Positions 25,426 to 39,556 are shown, counted from the stretch's first letter. The stretch: DNA of 64,000 nucleotides from Moniliella sp. 'wahieum' (GCA_003971905.1 RSEE01000058.1:248001-312000), one strand, 5' to 3'. The notes: generated from the letters alone by a model not told the origin. A program made the numbers and translations.

Positions 25426-25922
25426 GAAAATGAACCATGAGAGAAAGAAAATGGGACCAGTGGCATATCACAGCCTGTCTGGATGGGAGGGCGTTTAGTT
25501 TGGTGTGGGTCTGCACTTGTTGTTGGTTGCATATGCCAGTCTGTACGTTAACCTGGAATGCGTTTGCCTGTGTTTGGGTACCCTAAATGAGGTCAGGCTG
25601 ATTGGATTGGACTGCACTGTCAATCACTTTGCCTGCAAAGACCAGCCTCTTCGTCTCCCTGCCAGCCAGTAGAATGCTCGGAATATAACAACTGATGGGC
25701 AGCAGCAGGCCTCCGAAACCCGCAGCCGAGACGGCTACTAAGCAGGCTCTCCCGATGCCAGCGCTAACCCCAACCCCAACACCCCCTCCCCGCTGGGGTC
25801 ACAGCCCCCCATCAGTGTGGTTATAAGCGACCTTTGCTTCCGATTGCCGAACCCCTGTTCTGATGGCGTGTTTGCATTTTCCCTTGGATGCGTTAGCCCA
25901 ATCGAACCCCTCTGCCACCACC

Positions 25923-28083
25923 ATGGACAGCCACGCTCCGCTGCCTCGGGCGCGCATTCGTCGGTCTGATGAGGGGCCGCGCCGGCCCCTCTGTACTGCC
26001 AGCGAAACCGAACTCGGGACCTCCTCTGCCGCCCCCTTCCCTGCCCCTGCGCCGTTGCTCTTCCTCAGCAGACTCCCACCCATCGTGATGCAGTTCCATG
26101 GCCTCCTCTCTTCGCGCACGGCCTCCGGTCTCCTCCACGCGCTCTCGGTCGTCTCCCTCTTTCTGCAGAAGGAGCGGGACCTCCTGCAGTATCCCCACCC
26201 ACCTTGGTTTCAGCAAGCAACCCAGAAACGTATTGACCTGTTGGTCACGCTCAAAGCGGACTTGAGCCGCATGCACCAACGCTTTTCCCTCGAACACAGG
26301 GACGAGGAGCACTTATCCTTCGAACCAACTGCCCGCCCGCTGGGCGAGATGGACAATATTCCTAGCAGGAAGTCACCGTGGCGTCGGTTGACCCCTGCTC
26401 CATCCATGCGTCAGGAGGACGGCCTGGGCTACTCGCGACGACCATTAGGAGAGCCGTACTTGCCCGTCTCCCTGTTTCCGCGTCTACCGTCGCCGTTCTC
26501 CTCGCCCCCACTTTTATCGTTCCCTATTTTGGACCAACAAGGCCGAGGGAAGAACCTGGGGTGCAAAACGACGGAACTCTTCCCGCATCTGCACCTCCTC
26601 CTCCGGATGCCCCGCGCCTGCCACATGCCAAGCCCCCCAAGCGGAGGAAGAAAAAACAAAACCAAAAATCGAAAGAGAGTTTCATTGAGTTCTGGGCAGT
26701 GTGCAGCGCCCCTCTCCCGTGAAGAAGAAGGCGATGATGCAGCCTCTCCGGAGGGAAAAGTCAAAGCATATGATCAAACCAAAGGAGAAGTCCTCTTTTC
26801 CGGAGACCGATGAGATGAGTATGGTTCTTCCCGAAGACGAGCCCAAGCCAGAGAACAGATCCGTCCCCGCTAGAGTGCCCATATGCGAGCCAGCACCCAA
26901 AAGTTGGAAGAGTCGCCCGTGATTACTGGGGCTGCGGATGACCTTCCGGCTTGTCCTCTCCCTGTGATGCCAGACCGGGAGGTTCTTCCCGCATCTCATG
27001 TGACACCGGATCCGGCGGCTCTGATGAGCAGCCACCCAACTATGCCCAAACCCAAAAAGCGTGGAGCAAAAAGGAAAAAATCCAAGTCCAAGTCCAAGCA
27101 ACAGAGGCACCCTCCCTCTTCAGGCCCATCCGGACCCATTGGGGCAGATCCGAGAAGGTTTGCAGCCCTTGATGTCTCTGCTGTGGAGGAGGACGTTCCA
27201 CGGATTTCAAATCAAGATGGGGAGCCGACTCTCGATGATGTTGGCAATCATTTGAATGGCCCTCTCCCCCTATCGCCATATCCCCCAAGCAGCAAGACGT
27301 GGTGATGTCAGCGGAACCCTCATCTCAGAGTCATGATCACGATCCTTCAATGGACGAGGCACTTGTACGGACGTTAGTTCCAGACAATCATGCCCCTCCC
27401 TCGCGTTCGCAAAGCCACAAGTAACTGTGACTCTCCATCACCACAGCCCCTTGGGTCTCCTGCGTTCGTTACGATGATGAACTCTGCTATGGTTCTCTCT
27501 CGTCAGCCGTCCTTGGGGAGCCCTAGTCTCTCCGTAGATTCAGTACATGGTCGTACGCCGAAACCGTCGAAGTGGATGATCACGCGGACTACCGTGGGCA
27601 CTCGTTCGTCCCCTCCTCGCCGCCTCCGCTATCAAGTTGCCTTCATCCCCACAGTCTTGCAGACGGGGGTGGGCCGCCTGCCCTGTCACACGGCGACGCA
27701 CGGCGTCCCTCCCTTCTCTTCCTCTCTGTGTACATGAACCAGTGAAACGCATCTTACCACGCCGCCATCGCCGTCGCCTGTTGGGGTGCTCCAACATTCC
27801 TTGTCCCCTGAGCTTCTCGTCGCTCCGAACGAACTTCATTCGAAGAAGAGGGGTGGGTAACACCGATCGTGTGGCTACCCATGGAGTCCCCCTTGGGATC
27901 GGTGGGTGGTCTTCCCCGCCGGGCCTCCAGCCCCTGCCCTTGGCCAGCGCCGGTAATAGGGAGGATTGGCATACTCTGAGCCCCCCTACCCCCGCCTCCA
28001 GAGACGAGTGGATAACCATCCCTACGCAGTACTACAGGTACCTTGTCCACTGGAGTTCTCTCGCCCGGGGGACGCCTTATTGA
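25923..28083 (+). CDS. Orphan protein, Pro/Ser-rich with Lys-rich NLS-like tracts; structure and end uncertain
   Basis: CACCATG start; overlapping ORFs 25863-26813, 26701-26922, 26883-27305 and later ones read as one frameshifted low-complexity protein; PKPKKRGAKRKKSKSKSK tract. No family recognised. Confidence 0.4.
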
Positions 28084-29135
28084 GCTGTGCGTGTCCCAAG
28101 TTGAGTAGCAGTATAGTCCCCTGCGTCACCGCACCTCCCCCGCATTACCTTGTATCCAATCCTCTTACCGATTAAGGATGTGAACCGATGGGTACACCTG
28201 GTACATTCCACACGTTGGGTGGTCCTGGGGATCACTAGTCACTACTTACTATACTTGTACCTGGTAAACGTGTCAGTGTCACCTGTCAAGGTAGTAGGTA
28301 AAATACGCGTAGGATTTCAATATACTTTTGGTTTTGGGTTGGTACATAGCAAGCACTGAGCTGTAGAGGGGGTAAGGGACCTGATCCCTGAGCTGGGCCT
28401 CAGCCGTGAGGCCGGAGGAATCGAGAGAATCTATCGGATTGAAGGGATTGGAGGGATGGGAGGAATCCGAGGAATTATCAATCGGAATCAGAAGAGAGGT
28501 ACTGCAGTACCCGGGCCAGCGCGTCCACTGACTACATTCAAATACATTCCAAACTATCATGCTACTGAGCAAATATCGTCCCATCATGGTCTCCTCTCTT
28601 CGGGTCTGGTCTCGTTTCTTCTGCTCTGGTCTAATCTTCTGTCCTCGCATCTGGTTTAGGCGGTTTGTGGTCTGTGAGACGACTATCTGACAAGGTGCCG
28701 CCAGTACTGGGCCGGTTCAAACCGACGAGAAAAGGAGATGAATCAAATCAAATGAATGTTCAACGAGCGTTCCAACGACAAGCGTGCCCGTAAGCGCGTA
28801 ACTGCTCGCACTACCCTTTAGCAATGCACGAATGGGATGGGCATTCCAATGGACGGGGTGGGCATGCCAATGGATGAGGTTGCGGGTGTGGGTTGCGGGT
28901 TGCGGGTTGGGGGCCTGCACCTCCAGGGTGAGTCCCACTTAAGGCGACAAGTTCGAGAAACGGAGCAATTTCCCAGGTTCCGACCACACTACACTTGCGC
29001 TGATGTAGCCCTTTGCACTTCCCGGCTGCCTTTGCCCATCTGCAACGAGGGAGGCAGTGCCGGACCGAGTGAAGATGGAGATGGAGACTAGGCGTATTGG
29101 GATAGATGGGTGATAGTGATCGTATGCGCACCGGC

Positions 29136-30645
29136 TCAATACGGTTTGCGTGGGGCAAAGTGAAGTTTGCCGCGTCCCATATCGTAGCCCACGACGACGG
29201 AGCGTTGCCAGACGGCGCCTAAGATCATGGCGTCGCTATCGGGATGGCCACCACTGGCAATGGCGCTGAAACAAGTATGCTCGGCACCAGGCAAGCCAGT
29301 CAATTGGCGTACGATCATATCGCGTCGATCCATGGGCCACTGTTTTCCACCAAACCCAACGGATACCTCGGGCACCCGCGCATCGCACTCCACCGTCCAG
29401 TACTCTTTGTCCTTGCCGTACGGCTTGGCCGGCGGGTCGAACAGCGCATTGATCCGGTGCGCCGCGGCGGTGGGGACAAACGTGGCGGCCGTGCCCGAGT
29501 CGACGATACTTTGGTAGGTCGAGCTGTTTTGGTTGGCGCGTTTAGGGGAGGCATGGTGCGTGTGATAGTGGGTCCACGAGTTGGGACCGGTCTGGTTGGG
29601 CGCACGCCAAGAGAGGGTATGACTCAGCGTACAAGGTCAAGTTGCCCGGTTGCGACACGGTTTCTTCAATGGCGACCGTGGTGAGGGGGAGTGTAGAGGG
29701 AGGAAGGGACCAGACCGCCCAAGGCAAGTACCCCCAGGTTCGGATCTCGACGCATTTTCGGGCACGCGGTCAATCGCGAGGGTGAACAGGCCTGGTAGAG
29801 GAGAACGAAAAAAAAAAGTGGTGTCAGTATACGCGGTGTGGCCGAGTAACATCAAGATAGAGATGGCGGAGGGGCAGAGACGGGAGAACAAGAAAAAGAG
29901 ATAACCAACGAACCTTCCTTGACCGCGCCCTGCTTGGTCATGGTAACAAACACGGGATCGTAGTGCGCCTGCGCACCGGACGTTTTGAAGGCACTGGTCA
30001 ACGGCGGTAGGCCATGCCCACCAATCCGGACGTGTAACCATCGCCGACAAAGGAGGAACGGTTGACCAGGGCGACCTTGGTCCGGTCCAAAGTGACCCCC
30101 GAGGGAGAGCCCACTCCAGCCGATTTCGCCATGCAAGTGCTCGCCCTCGGGGAAATAATCATATCAAAGTCTTCCGACGGAATGGAGCAAAGTTGCCTCG
30201 GTTTCGATGGTACTGCGGACCCCCCGACACTCGGACGGCTGGGTGGGACGATGGGTTTTCATGCTGACGCAGGTAAATCCAGACTCGACGACAAACGTGT
30301 CGGAACTGCCCGTGTCGAGGTAGTGCTGGAGCACTTGGTCGCCGCCGGGGCCCGCCAGGTGACATTGACTACGGGGTACACGCCGGCAAAGGCGGTGCCG
30401 AGGGTGCTGTCTTCGGGGCGCCCGCGCCGGCGCGGCGGCGGGGAGGTTGTGGCGGGTATGGTGGTTGTGGGGGGGCGGGCGGGGCGAGCGGAGGCGATGG
30501 CGGAGGTGGGAGCTGAGGTGGTTGGGGGCGGGGTGCGGGAAGAGGGGCAGGGTGTGGGGGGCGTGAGGCAGGGTGTCGGTGGCGGCGGTGGCGGCGGCGG
30601 CGGTGGGGCGAGGAGGGCGAGGAGGGCGAGGAGGGCCGTGCGCAT
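29136..30645 (-). CDS. Secreted pepsin-like aspartic protease (A1); intron 29792-29913; indels
   Basis: Signal peptide MRTALLALLALLA; catalytic YLDTGSSD and IVDSGT; TSGLVGMAY; LFTLAIDR; ILGAVWQRSVVVGYD. Intron GTTCGT...CTGAC...CAG. Confidence 0.92.
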
Positions 30646-31022
30646 GGCGGCCAGAAAGAGTGTGGGGGGGGGGAGGGGGGGGAGGGGAGGTGGAGGGGAG
30701 GTGGTGGTGGTGGTGGTTGCGAGAAATGCTGGAATGCGCATCCTGATCGGGCAGGCGGGCGGGCGGGAGACATGTGACGTGATTGTGACACCACATGCGC
30801 GCTCGCGCGGCGGCAGGGGGCAGTGTGTGGGCAGGTGCTCTGCGGTGGCGCCACGTCGCTCCCCGCCGCAGCGACGCGCTGGCATTTAGACTGCCCATGC
30901 ATGATGCAGGGGGCGGTGACGAGCAGCAATCGACGGTTGACGCTAAAAATCTACGCTGATTAATGATTGATATTCGGTGCTCCACGCCGATTGGACGATT
31001 ATCGATTAGATTTCAGACGGCG

Positions 31023-34000
31023 ATGCTGCATCCCCGTCTCAGATCGCCAGCCCTAACCCTACGCCACCCACGTGACCGCCTGCCCCCGTGCAGCTGCCGC
31101 CAGCCCCAACCCTACGCCCCGTAGCATCCACTCCACCCCCACCCCCACCCCCCACCCGCCATCGCCATTCGCGGCCCTCAGCTGCGCCCGGCAGCGGCGC
31201 CCCCCGCCCCCAGCCCGCCCCCCCCCGCCGCACCCGCCCGCCCCGCACACAGGTCATCGTCGGCCGCCACATCGTCTCCGTCGTCCGCTTCCTCGCCGAC
31301 GGCGGCTTTGCCCACGTCTACCTCGTCGCCTCCAAGCAGCCCATCCCCATCCCCGACATGGACTCCCACCGCCGCCCCCTCCTCCGCCCGCCACCACCCG
31401 TCCTCAAGCACATCGCCGTCCCCGACAAACCCTCCCTCGCCCATGTCCGCGCCGAGTTGAGGCGCATGTACGTCCCCTCTCCCTCTCCCTCTCCCTCTCC
31501 CTCTCCCTCTCCCTCTCCCTCTCCCTCCCATCCACCCACCGCTCACCCTCCACCCTCTCCCTCAGCGCAGCCTGCGCGGCCACACCCACATTGTCCACTT
31601 TGTCGAGGCATCCGCCACTGCTCTCCCCAGTGGCGCCGGGTACGAGGTGTTTATCCTCATGGAGTACTGCAGCGGCGGCGGTCTGCTCGACCTGATGAAT
31701 GCCCATCTGCACGACCCCTCCCGAATCCCAGATCCTCCATATTTTGCGACGTGTGTCAAGGCCTGGCGGTCATGCACCACCTTTCCCCCCCGCTGCTGCA
31801 CCGCGACCTCAAGATTGAAAATGTGCTCATTGCCCCGGCCCCCGCGGACGATCCGCGCCGCGGGCCCATATACAAGTTGGCCGACTTTGGCTCCACCGTT
31901 CCGCTCCTTTCCCGGAACCCGCCCACGTCCCTGGCGCAAGTAAAAGAGTTGGAGCAAGACTTGAACCGGGCCACCACGCTACAGTACCGTGCGCCCGAGA
32001 TGGTGGACCTAAGCCAGCGCAAACCGATTGATGAAAAGGCGGATGTATGGGCCATGGGCGTGTTCCTCTACAAGCTCTGTTACTTTACCACACCCTTTGA
32101 AGGACCCGGAGGTGGGGCGCTGGCCATCGCGAATGCCCGCTACCGGTTCCCATCGTTTCCTCGGTACACGGATCAGACCAAGGCGTTGATTGGGTGGATG
32201 CTGCAAAAACGAGGGGAAGATCGGCCGACGGTGGACCAGCTCATCGTGCGCGCGTTCCATCTGAGAGGGTTGCATCCGCCTTCCTTGGCGCAGAGGTACG
32301 TCCGCCTTGCGCTCGAAAGCTCCTCCCACCCAGCCCGACCGACAGGGACGTATGTCCCCCCTCCCCCTAGAGATGGAGATGGAGATGGGGTGCGGCATGA
32401 TGATCTGGCGGCGTTGCGGGACACTGGACGTCCCATGCGCCAAGGCCAGTCAGCCAAGGATCCATCGCTTATTCCAACCCGATCGCCCTCGCCCTCCCAC
32501 TCGCATGGCACCCCCGCACCTCTTCCACCTCTCCTTCAGCTCCCGCATCTGCATCCATGTCCCCTTCCTTCCTTGATGACGCGGCAACGCGCTTTCCTAC
32601 GCTGGACCAGCTTGACGCTTCGATTTCCCATGTCTCGGTCCCTGCTGCAGCAGGGGCAAAAGGACCTCTCCTTTCCACCTCGGCCTCCCCCTCCTCTCCA
32701 CCCTCTAGGGCCTCGACGGCCTCGAAACCGCCCCTCCCGCGTTCTACGTCGTCTACGTCCACCCCTGCCCTTACCGCCATCCCGCTCCGAATCCAACTCC
32801 GCCATCTACATCCGCATAATCGTCCATACCCACCTCCGGACCTCCTGCTTCCTCTCGCCCCTCACACATCCCGCACGGATCGGTTCGATCCGAGACCGTT
32901 GGCCGCCGCTGCGGGAGGAAGAGCGGAACCTGAACCGGAACGGGAGCAGGAGCAGAAGTGCGAGCGGGAGCGGGAATGGGAGCAGAAACGAGAGCAGGAG
33001 CGGAAGCAGCGTTTCGAGGTTAGGTGCGGCGTCCATGGGCGACAGCACCACCTTGTTACCTCCAAATGGAACTGGAAAGGGAGCGCAAAATGCTGCTCAC
33101 AATGGGACATACCCAATCCCTTCCTCTTCTGCTTCTGCTTCTTCCAAGATGGAGAGGGTGGGACCAACCACGGGAGACAAAGGTGAGAGCTTGAGCGGGA
33201 GCGAGAAGGAGAACGCGACCGAGAACGAGAAGGAAAACGGACCGCTCGAGGCGCCGGCGCAAGATTGGTTGACCGGGTCGGAAGATGTGTTGGGAGATAC
33301 CTTGTCCTCAGTTCCCATTGAGGCCGATGGGACTTTACCCAGGCCACGCAGCTCCGCACGCAACTCGCCCCCGCTGGCTGTCCACTCTTCTTCCCTGCCC
33401 ACGATGTCTCCCTTCCGACCGCGAGCCAGAAAGTAGCGATGACGACATCCCGCCCGAACTGCTGAGGGGAACCATATTCCCGCCCGCAACGTGTACCTGT
33501 ACCTGTACTGTTCCTGCTACCATCTCACCTATGGGTGATATCTCTTATCCCCTGGAAGGGCAAGCACCGGGGCAGAGGAAGGGCAAGTGGAGCGGGATCT
33601 GGATCCGGAGCGTGTCTCCCCTCCGAGCCGCAAGAGGGAGGACAGTTTCGACCTGTACCTGCGTGTGGAACCGGAGGATGAGATGGACTTGGCCTTGATT
33701 GAAGGTCGTATCCCATCTGGATCGTATCCTTTATCTTCTTGGTCTGTTCCCGACTCATGGGCTTCCTCTGCACTGCCAGCCTCGTCTGCTATACCGGCAC
33801 GGGCACGGACGCCACCGAGTGCTGAAGCAGTTGCTCTCGCGCACAAACTAGGTGTGCTCACGGGTACCCCGATGCCACCTGTCTCACCCTCGTGGGACGG
33901 GATGGGTGGGCCGAGCGTACGAGACAGAGGGCACCAGGAGGTCAGTGCACCGTCCTCATCTTCACCGACACCAAGTGCGCCAGTGGCATTGCCTTCAGGA

Positions 34001-34951
34001 CAAGGAGCGACGCCGACGCCGCCGTCGCCACCGAAAACGACAGCGACCAAGGTAGGGACGCCGACGACGGTAGACGCGCCGAAGGTTGCAACACCCACGA
34101 TGGGTAAGGCACTGGCGCACTTGAGCCTTGGGTCTGACTCGCCTACCTTTGCTCCCCCATCATCTTCTTCACCTACCCTCCTGCCGCAGCAGCCACCACT
34201 CACGGCTGCGCAGCCTGATGCAGCAGGCCAACTTGGGACCGCTGCGTCGCCGGCGTCTGCGCCAGCTCCGGCGCTGCAAGAGCGGGTACGCAAGCTGGAA
34301 CGCGCTAGGACGGGGCAAACTGCATCTTCCCCTGGTGGGCTTGGCCCTGGTGGGGTTAGCCCTGGTGCTTCTTCCGACATTCGTATGCGCTGCCTCGACC
34401 CACGCACAAGCCCGGATCGCGATCGGTTGCTTCCCCCCTTGCGGCGTTGCATTATCCGATGCACTCCCATCCCACCCCGTCCGATCGTTCGTCTTCCAAC
34501 ACCACGTTGGATCGCCCTTCTGCGCCAGCGGGGGGGGGGAAAGGCCACGCTCAAAGTCCCGCCCAAGCCCCCGCGCACGCGACGCAGACGGGAAAGGTCG
34601 TGCGTCGCTCTTGCCATGGGAACGGGAAGCGTTGGTGGCCGAGGCAATAGAGAAAGGTGGGGTGGTGCGGGGGGAGATGCGAATGTTGGAAAGTCTGCAA
34701 CGTCGGTCGCTTCCCCGTCAGCGTCGGCGTCGGCGTCAGCGTCGTCTCCCACTGCTGAGAAGGACGGTCCTGATCCAGGAACAGGCACAGGGGAGAGGAA
34801 GGAGGAACCGAAACCGAAACCGAAACCGAAACCGAAACCGAAACCGGAACGGGAGTCGGAATCGGAACCCGAACCGGAGACAGCTGGGTTCCATGGTGTC
34901 AACCGGTTGATTTCGCGGTGGCAGCAAGTGAGCCAAAGAGGAATGCGGTAG
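31023..34951 (+). CDS. ARK1: Ark1/Prk1 (NAK family) Ser/Thr kinase with long low-complexity tail; intron 31468-31565; start uncertain
   Basis: VIVGRHIVSVVRFLADGGFAHVYLV, VLK, YEVFILMEYCSGGGL, PPLLHRDLKIENVL, YKLADFGS, TTLQYRAPEMVDL, IDEKADVWAMGVFLYKLCYFTTPFE; tail ends FHGVNRLISRWQ. Confidence 0.93.
31475..31529 (+). repeat. (CCCTCT)n microsatellite inside the kinase intron
   Basis: Directly visible between the GTACGT donor (31468) and GCTCAC branch site (31541). Confidence 0.9.
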
Positions 34952-35381
34952 TCAGTCAGTCCAAGTACCAAGTACTTTCTTCTGTCGTGCTTTCTGCTCT
35001 CTCGGGGTTCCTCTCGGGTTTCCTCTCTCCTGTCCTGCGTTCTCTACTTTCCGTGTATTAGGATGGAATAGGGAGGTGGAGTGGGGGTAATGAGGTCGAT
35101 GAGGGGGTTGGTTGATGAGGACACCTTGCATTTTTGCCTGTGCATTTTACCTTTTGCATTTTGCATTTTGCCTTCTACCATTTGCCTGTGCATGTTTACC
35201 TTTGCCTGTGCCTAGCGCCTGCCCACCTACCCGAGCAAACGAACGAGGTGCTAGGTGAACAATGACATTTCGCTCGCCGACCCAACGAAGGACCAAGGAC
35301 AGGTGAATTAGATGGGTGGGAAGAGGACGGGATGGGATGATCGATGAATAGCGAAGAGGAATGGATGCGAGGGGAGAGAGG

Positions 35382-35441
35382 CAAGACAAGTCAAGAAAAG
35401 TCAAGTCAAGACAAGACAAGTCAAGTCAAGACAAGACAAGT
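35382..35441 (+). repeat. (CAAGA/CAAGT)n pentamer repeat between convergent genes
   Basis: About 12 units directly visible. Confidence 0.9.
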
Positions 35442-35545
35442 GTAGAGGCAGATGAAGAGGGAAGACAAGGGGGGGGGGACGGGGCGAGGTACCGGCGGGA
35501 GACGGCGCGAGACGCAGGGGTGGGGGGGGGGGGGTTACAAGGAAG

Positions 35546-38500
35546 TTACAACGCGCCCCAAGGAGCAGCCAAGATAGTAGGAGAAGGGGTATTGTCATAA
35601 TCATACTCTTCTCGGTCCACCTGGACGATTGGTGGTGCATGATGCAAGTTGCTTTTCAATTTCCTTTTCCTGTCAGTCTCGTGGTCGTCTCCATTCTTGT
35701 GCTCGTGGTCAGGCGCGGACGGGGGCACAGTAGCCAAGGTAGGCATGGCCAAGCGCGGCTCGGTCCTCCGTTCGGTCTTCCGTTCGGTCCTCCGTTCGCC
35801 CCACTGTTCGCCCCAAGGTTCGCTCCACCGATCACGTTCAGACCGTTCAGGCGAGTGGGCCAAGTGGGAAGGAGGAGCGGCAGAAGGTCGAAAAGTAGGT
35901 TGGACAGCGGGATGGGCTTTGGTACCAGCCTGCGTGGCTACCCGTTCGTTCCGTTCGGGCGAATGGGCGAGGGCGACACGAGGCGGAGGGGGAGGGAGTA
36001 CCGTTCCAGGTGGAGGACGAAGTGGGAGGAAGCGTCCGAGCGAACTAGTACTGCCACTGGGACTGGCATTGGCACTGGGGCTGGGATTGAGGCTGGAGGT
36101 GGGATTAGCATTGGTGCTGGGATTGGTGCTTGGATGGGGATTGGGATGGGGATGGGGATTGGGATTGGGATTGGGGCTGCGGGTGGGACTGGGGTTGGGG
36201 CCAGGTAAGGCAGGCCCCAGTGAAGCGGAACAAGGTGGTGCGTACTTGTGGGCTGTGGCAGTAGGAGAAGAGAGGAGTTCCTCCTTATCGTTGCTCGAGG
36301 CAAATGTCGTGTTGGGTGCTGTGCGAGTGGCAGGCGCCGACCCAGGCGCCGACCCAGGCCCAGACCCTGACGCAGACCCAGGCACAAGCACAGGTACGGG
36401 CACAGGTAGGGGCAGAGCGGTTCCGCCCTGTTCAGGCGAAGGCAGGGCCGGGGACTGCGAGGGTGCATGGGGGGTGGCCTCGTCGCGTCCAGAAAGAAGG
36501 GAGAGACCGAGGGTCGCACGAGGTCGTGGGGGGAGGAACTCGAGCGACAAACGAGAAGAGGATGAGGTGGTAGATGGGGATCCAGTCAAGTCGGTGGGGG
36601 TAGCACTGGTACCGGTACGAGCTCGACGAATGTTAATGGAAGCGGCACGACGTAAACTAGCATGAGGAAGAGCTTCCTCTGATCCGAGCGTAGTGGGAGG
36701 AGGGAAAGGGTCTGAACTTTCCCTTTCCCCTCCCCCACTTACCTCTGGCTCGTCCGAGGGGGGAACCAGAACAACGTCGTTGATCACCGGGCCTACCATA
36801 CTACGTCGGTTGGTCCACGCTGCGATGCCCCCGGCAGCACGACGCCAGGTCTTGAGCAGTGCTTGCCCCGTCTCGGTGGACAGGTCGGTGGTGCCTTTAG
36901 TCTTGCCCAAGTCGGATGGACGAGGGCGATCCGCCGCATCCGTCAGGGGCGCAACATACTCACCCACACCGCGATCTTCTACAGCTGCTGCACTGCTTTC
37001 GGGCTCCCGTCCCGTTCCCGTCCCGTTCCCGCTCCCGCTCCGATTCCCCTCCTGTTCCCGTTCATGTTGCACCTCCGGCTGGGACGCGTGGGAGGCGAGC
37101 TGAACGTGAGGGTCTAGCGATTGAGCCGAGCTTGGATCAGGCTGTTCGGACGGCAGGTCAGGTGGGGGCGAGATGTCAGATGTATCGGGAAACGAGGAGC
37201 GTTTGGTTTGGCGCGGGGTGGGAGTGTGGTCGTGCTCGGACGGGAGATGGGGCGAGTGTAGATCGGAAGGGAGCGAGGGTAAGCTGAGGGTGGGGACTGA
37301 GGCGGAGAAGCGCATTCCACCCTTGGGAGCGTGAGCGTGGGTGTGGGCTTGGGGATCGCCATGGGGATCGAGGACAGTGTCCAACTCGGACGGGGAATCG
37401 TGTACGCTCTTACGTTGGAACCAGCTGCGTCGCCGTGCCTCGTCCGGCAGAGGAAGAATGTCGTCGATGGGAGACGAGTGGGGCGATCGACCTGAACCAG
37501 ATCGGCCTGGGCGGGAACGACGTTGTTTCTGAGCGACGACCAGTTGGGCCGCATCGTTGCGAGCCAAAACGTCAGTCAAGGAAGCCTTGGCCGAAAGGGG
37601 CGAAGATTTATTCTTTGTCTTGCGTCGACGGACTTGGCCCGTAACCGGCGATGGGGTGGCACCTCTACCGCACTGGCGCTGGCCAGGCCCGCATCGCCCG
37701 CACTGATCGCCACGGTCGGACCTGAAGGGCTTGGAGCCGGACTGGGCGAGGAGGTAGCCGTTTCTGCCCTCCTGGAGGAATGGGGATCGGGATGGGGATC
37801 GGAAGGGTGGTGGGATCTTCCAGCGGCTCAGGGTCGTGGGTTCGGGTTGTATCTTCGTGCGGCTGGGGGGGAGTATGTTCTTGCTCCGGAGCGCTCGGGG
37901 CGCTGGGGGTCGGGCGGCGTCGGCCCAAATCCCACCGCGCTGAGCGTAGTCGGAAGAGTCGAAAAAGGTAAAGTCATCCATGTGGGGGAGAACGAGGGAC
38001 TCGACGACCAACTCTTTGATTTTCGCCTCGATGGTGCGGGTGATCAAGGACCACTGAACCTGGCGAGCCGACACGCCAGGGATGATGGCAAAGTCCATTT
38101 GCGGGGGGCGGGTGAACCCCCACCACATGCGGTTGGAAGGAGGGGGTTTGATGGTGAACAGGGCGTTGCCCTCGAGTGAGCGCAGTTCGACCGCCAGAGA
38201 GAGGGGGACACCGTACGTGTATGCCGGGTTCTTGAGCCCGGGAAGGCCCAGGGTTAAGACCGTGGCGATCACCACTCTCATCTGGCCCTTGTAGTGGACT
38301 GAGGCCTCCATGGTCGCCTCGCCCTCTGGCGTAAGAGCCTTGAGCATCGGGCGACCAAAGAGCGGAGGCGCGGAACCAATGTTGACCTGCACCACCTCGA
38401 CCGGTCCGAGGAAGGCAGGTGTCTTGATCCGAGAGAGTTTGCGGCGAAGCTTAGCCGTCAAAGCCTGTTCCGTCCAGGCAGTACGGCAAATACCGACCCA

Positions 38501-39556
38501 ATAGCGGCCCAACAAAGCATTGAACCAGCGCAGCGGCAAAGGATCCGGCACGTCGTCCAAGCGTTGCATCAAATTGTGCATATCATCCTTGGAAAACGCC
38601 TCGCCGACCGGGTCGCCGGGGTCGAGGTTCGCCTTGGCATAGGGGGCAGTCACACTACGCCCGGAGGAGGCTCGAGCGACGCTTTGAACAAGGCAAAGTA
38701 CCATTCCTCCAGGTCGGGCGCTGTGGGGGCAAATACGAACCACTCGTTCCGAGCGGTTGGGACGGGGAGTTCTGGGCTTTTTTCCGTTCCGCGCTGTGAG
38801 GTGGGAGCTACGATGCGGACCGCGTTTCTGCGGACAAACAGTTCTGCATCCAGCACCGGGCCCTCGGGCTGAGGAAGGGGATCGGGAGTGAGACCAGCGT
38901 GGGCATCGGGCGAGTGGGGGGAAGGACCGAGGGGTCCCAGAGCATCGCCGATCCAAGGCCCATAGATACTGACGCGCGTCCCACGCAGATCAATCGCAGC
39001 ATACACTTCACCAGGTCCGGACGCGGGCAAGCCAGGGCGGTAGAGGTAGAGGATGGACGACTTGAGCACAGCATGGAAAGATGCGTCGCCTGGCGGGGCT
39101 TGGGGGCGTGCTTTCCCTTGCTTGCATTGGCAGACGAAGCTGGTGGCTCCTTTTCCGATCCAGACAGCAGGCCGGATCCGCCATCGTCCATCGCTGATCC
39201 CTTTTTGCCGCGTGGCTCGGAGCGCACCAGGCCACGGTACATGGCGCTGACGTAGCCGCCGCTGCGGGTCAAAAGGCCGTCGCGAGCGGCGGCGGGCGGC
39301 GGGGGCGGGGGGCGGTAGGGGGGCCATCGCGAGCCCAATGGCGTGTGACGACCAGAGGGCCGGCACGGGTGGGGGCAGGGGCAGGGGCAGAGGAGGCGAC
39401 TGGGTCGGCGGGCCCGTTGGGCAGATGCTCGAGCGGCACAGCATCCACCAGCTTCGGGGCGCGGCACAGCAGTAGGACATAAGCCACCGCCACACACAGC
39501 GGCAGGAAGGTCAGTGCGCCCGCCATGTACAGCGCGAGCGCAGTCAGCACACCCAT
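35546..39556 (-). CDS. NVJ2: Nvj2/TEX2-like lipid-transfer protein (TM + PH + SMP, long disordered tail); indels
   Basis: N-terminal TM (ALYMAGALTFLPL), PH (FHAVLKSSILYLY...WFVFAP...LEEWYFAL), SMP (RWFNALLGR, KLSRIKTPAFLG, IKPPPSNRMWWGF, ESLVLPHMDD). Confidence 0.93.

Noticed and set aside
26150..26300. Homeodomain (b mating-type-like) suggested by YP..WFQQATQKR
   Set aside because: Lacks the invariant Asn of WFxNxR and the helix spacing; no divergent partner gene.
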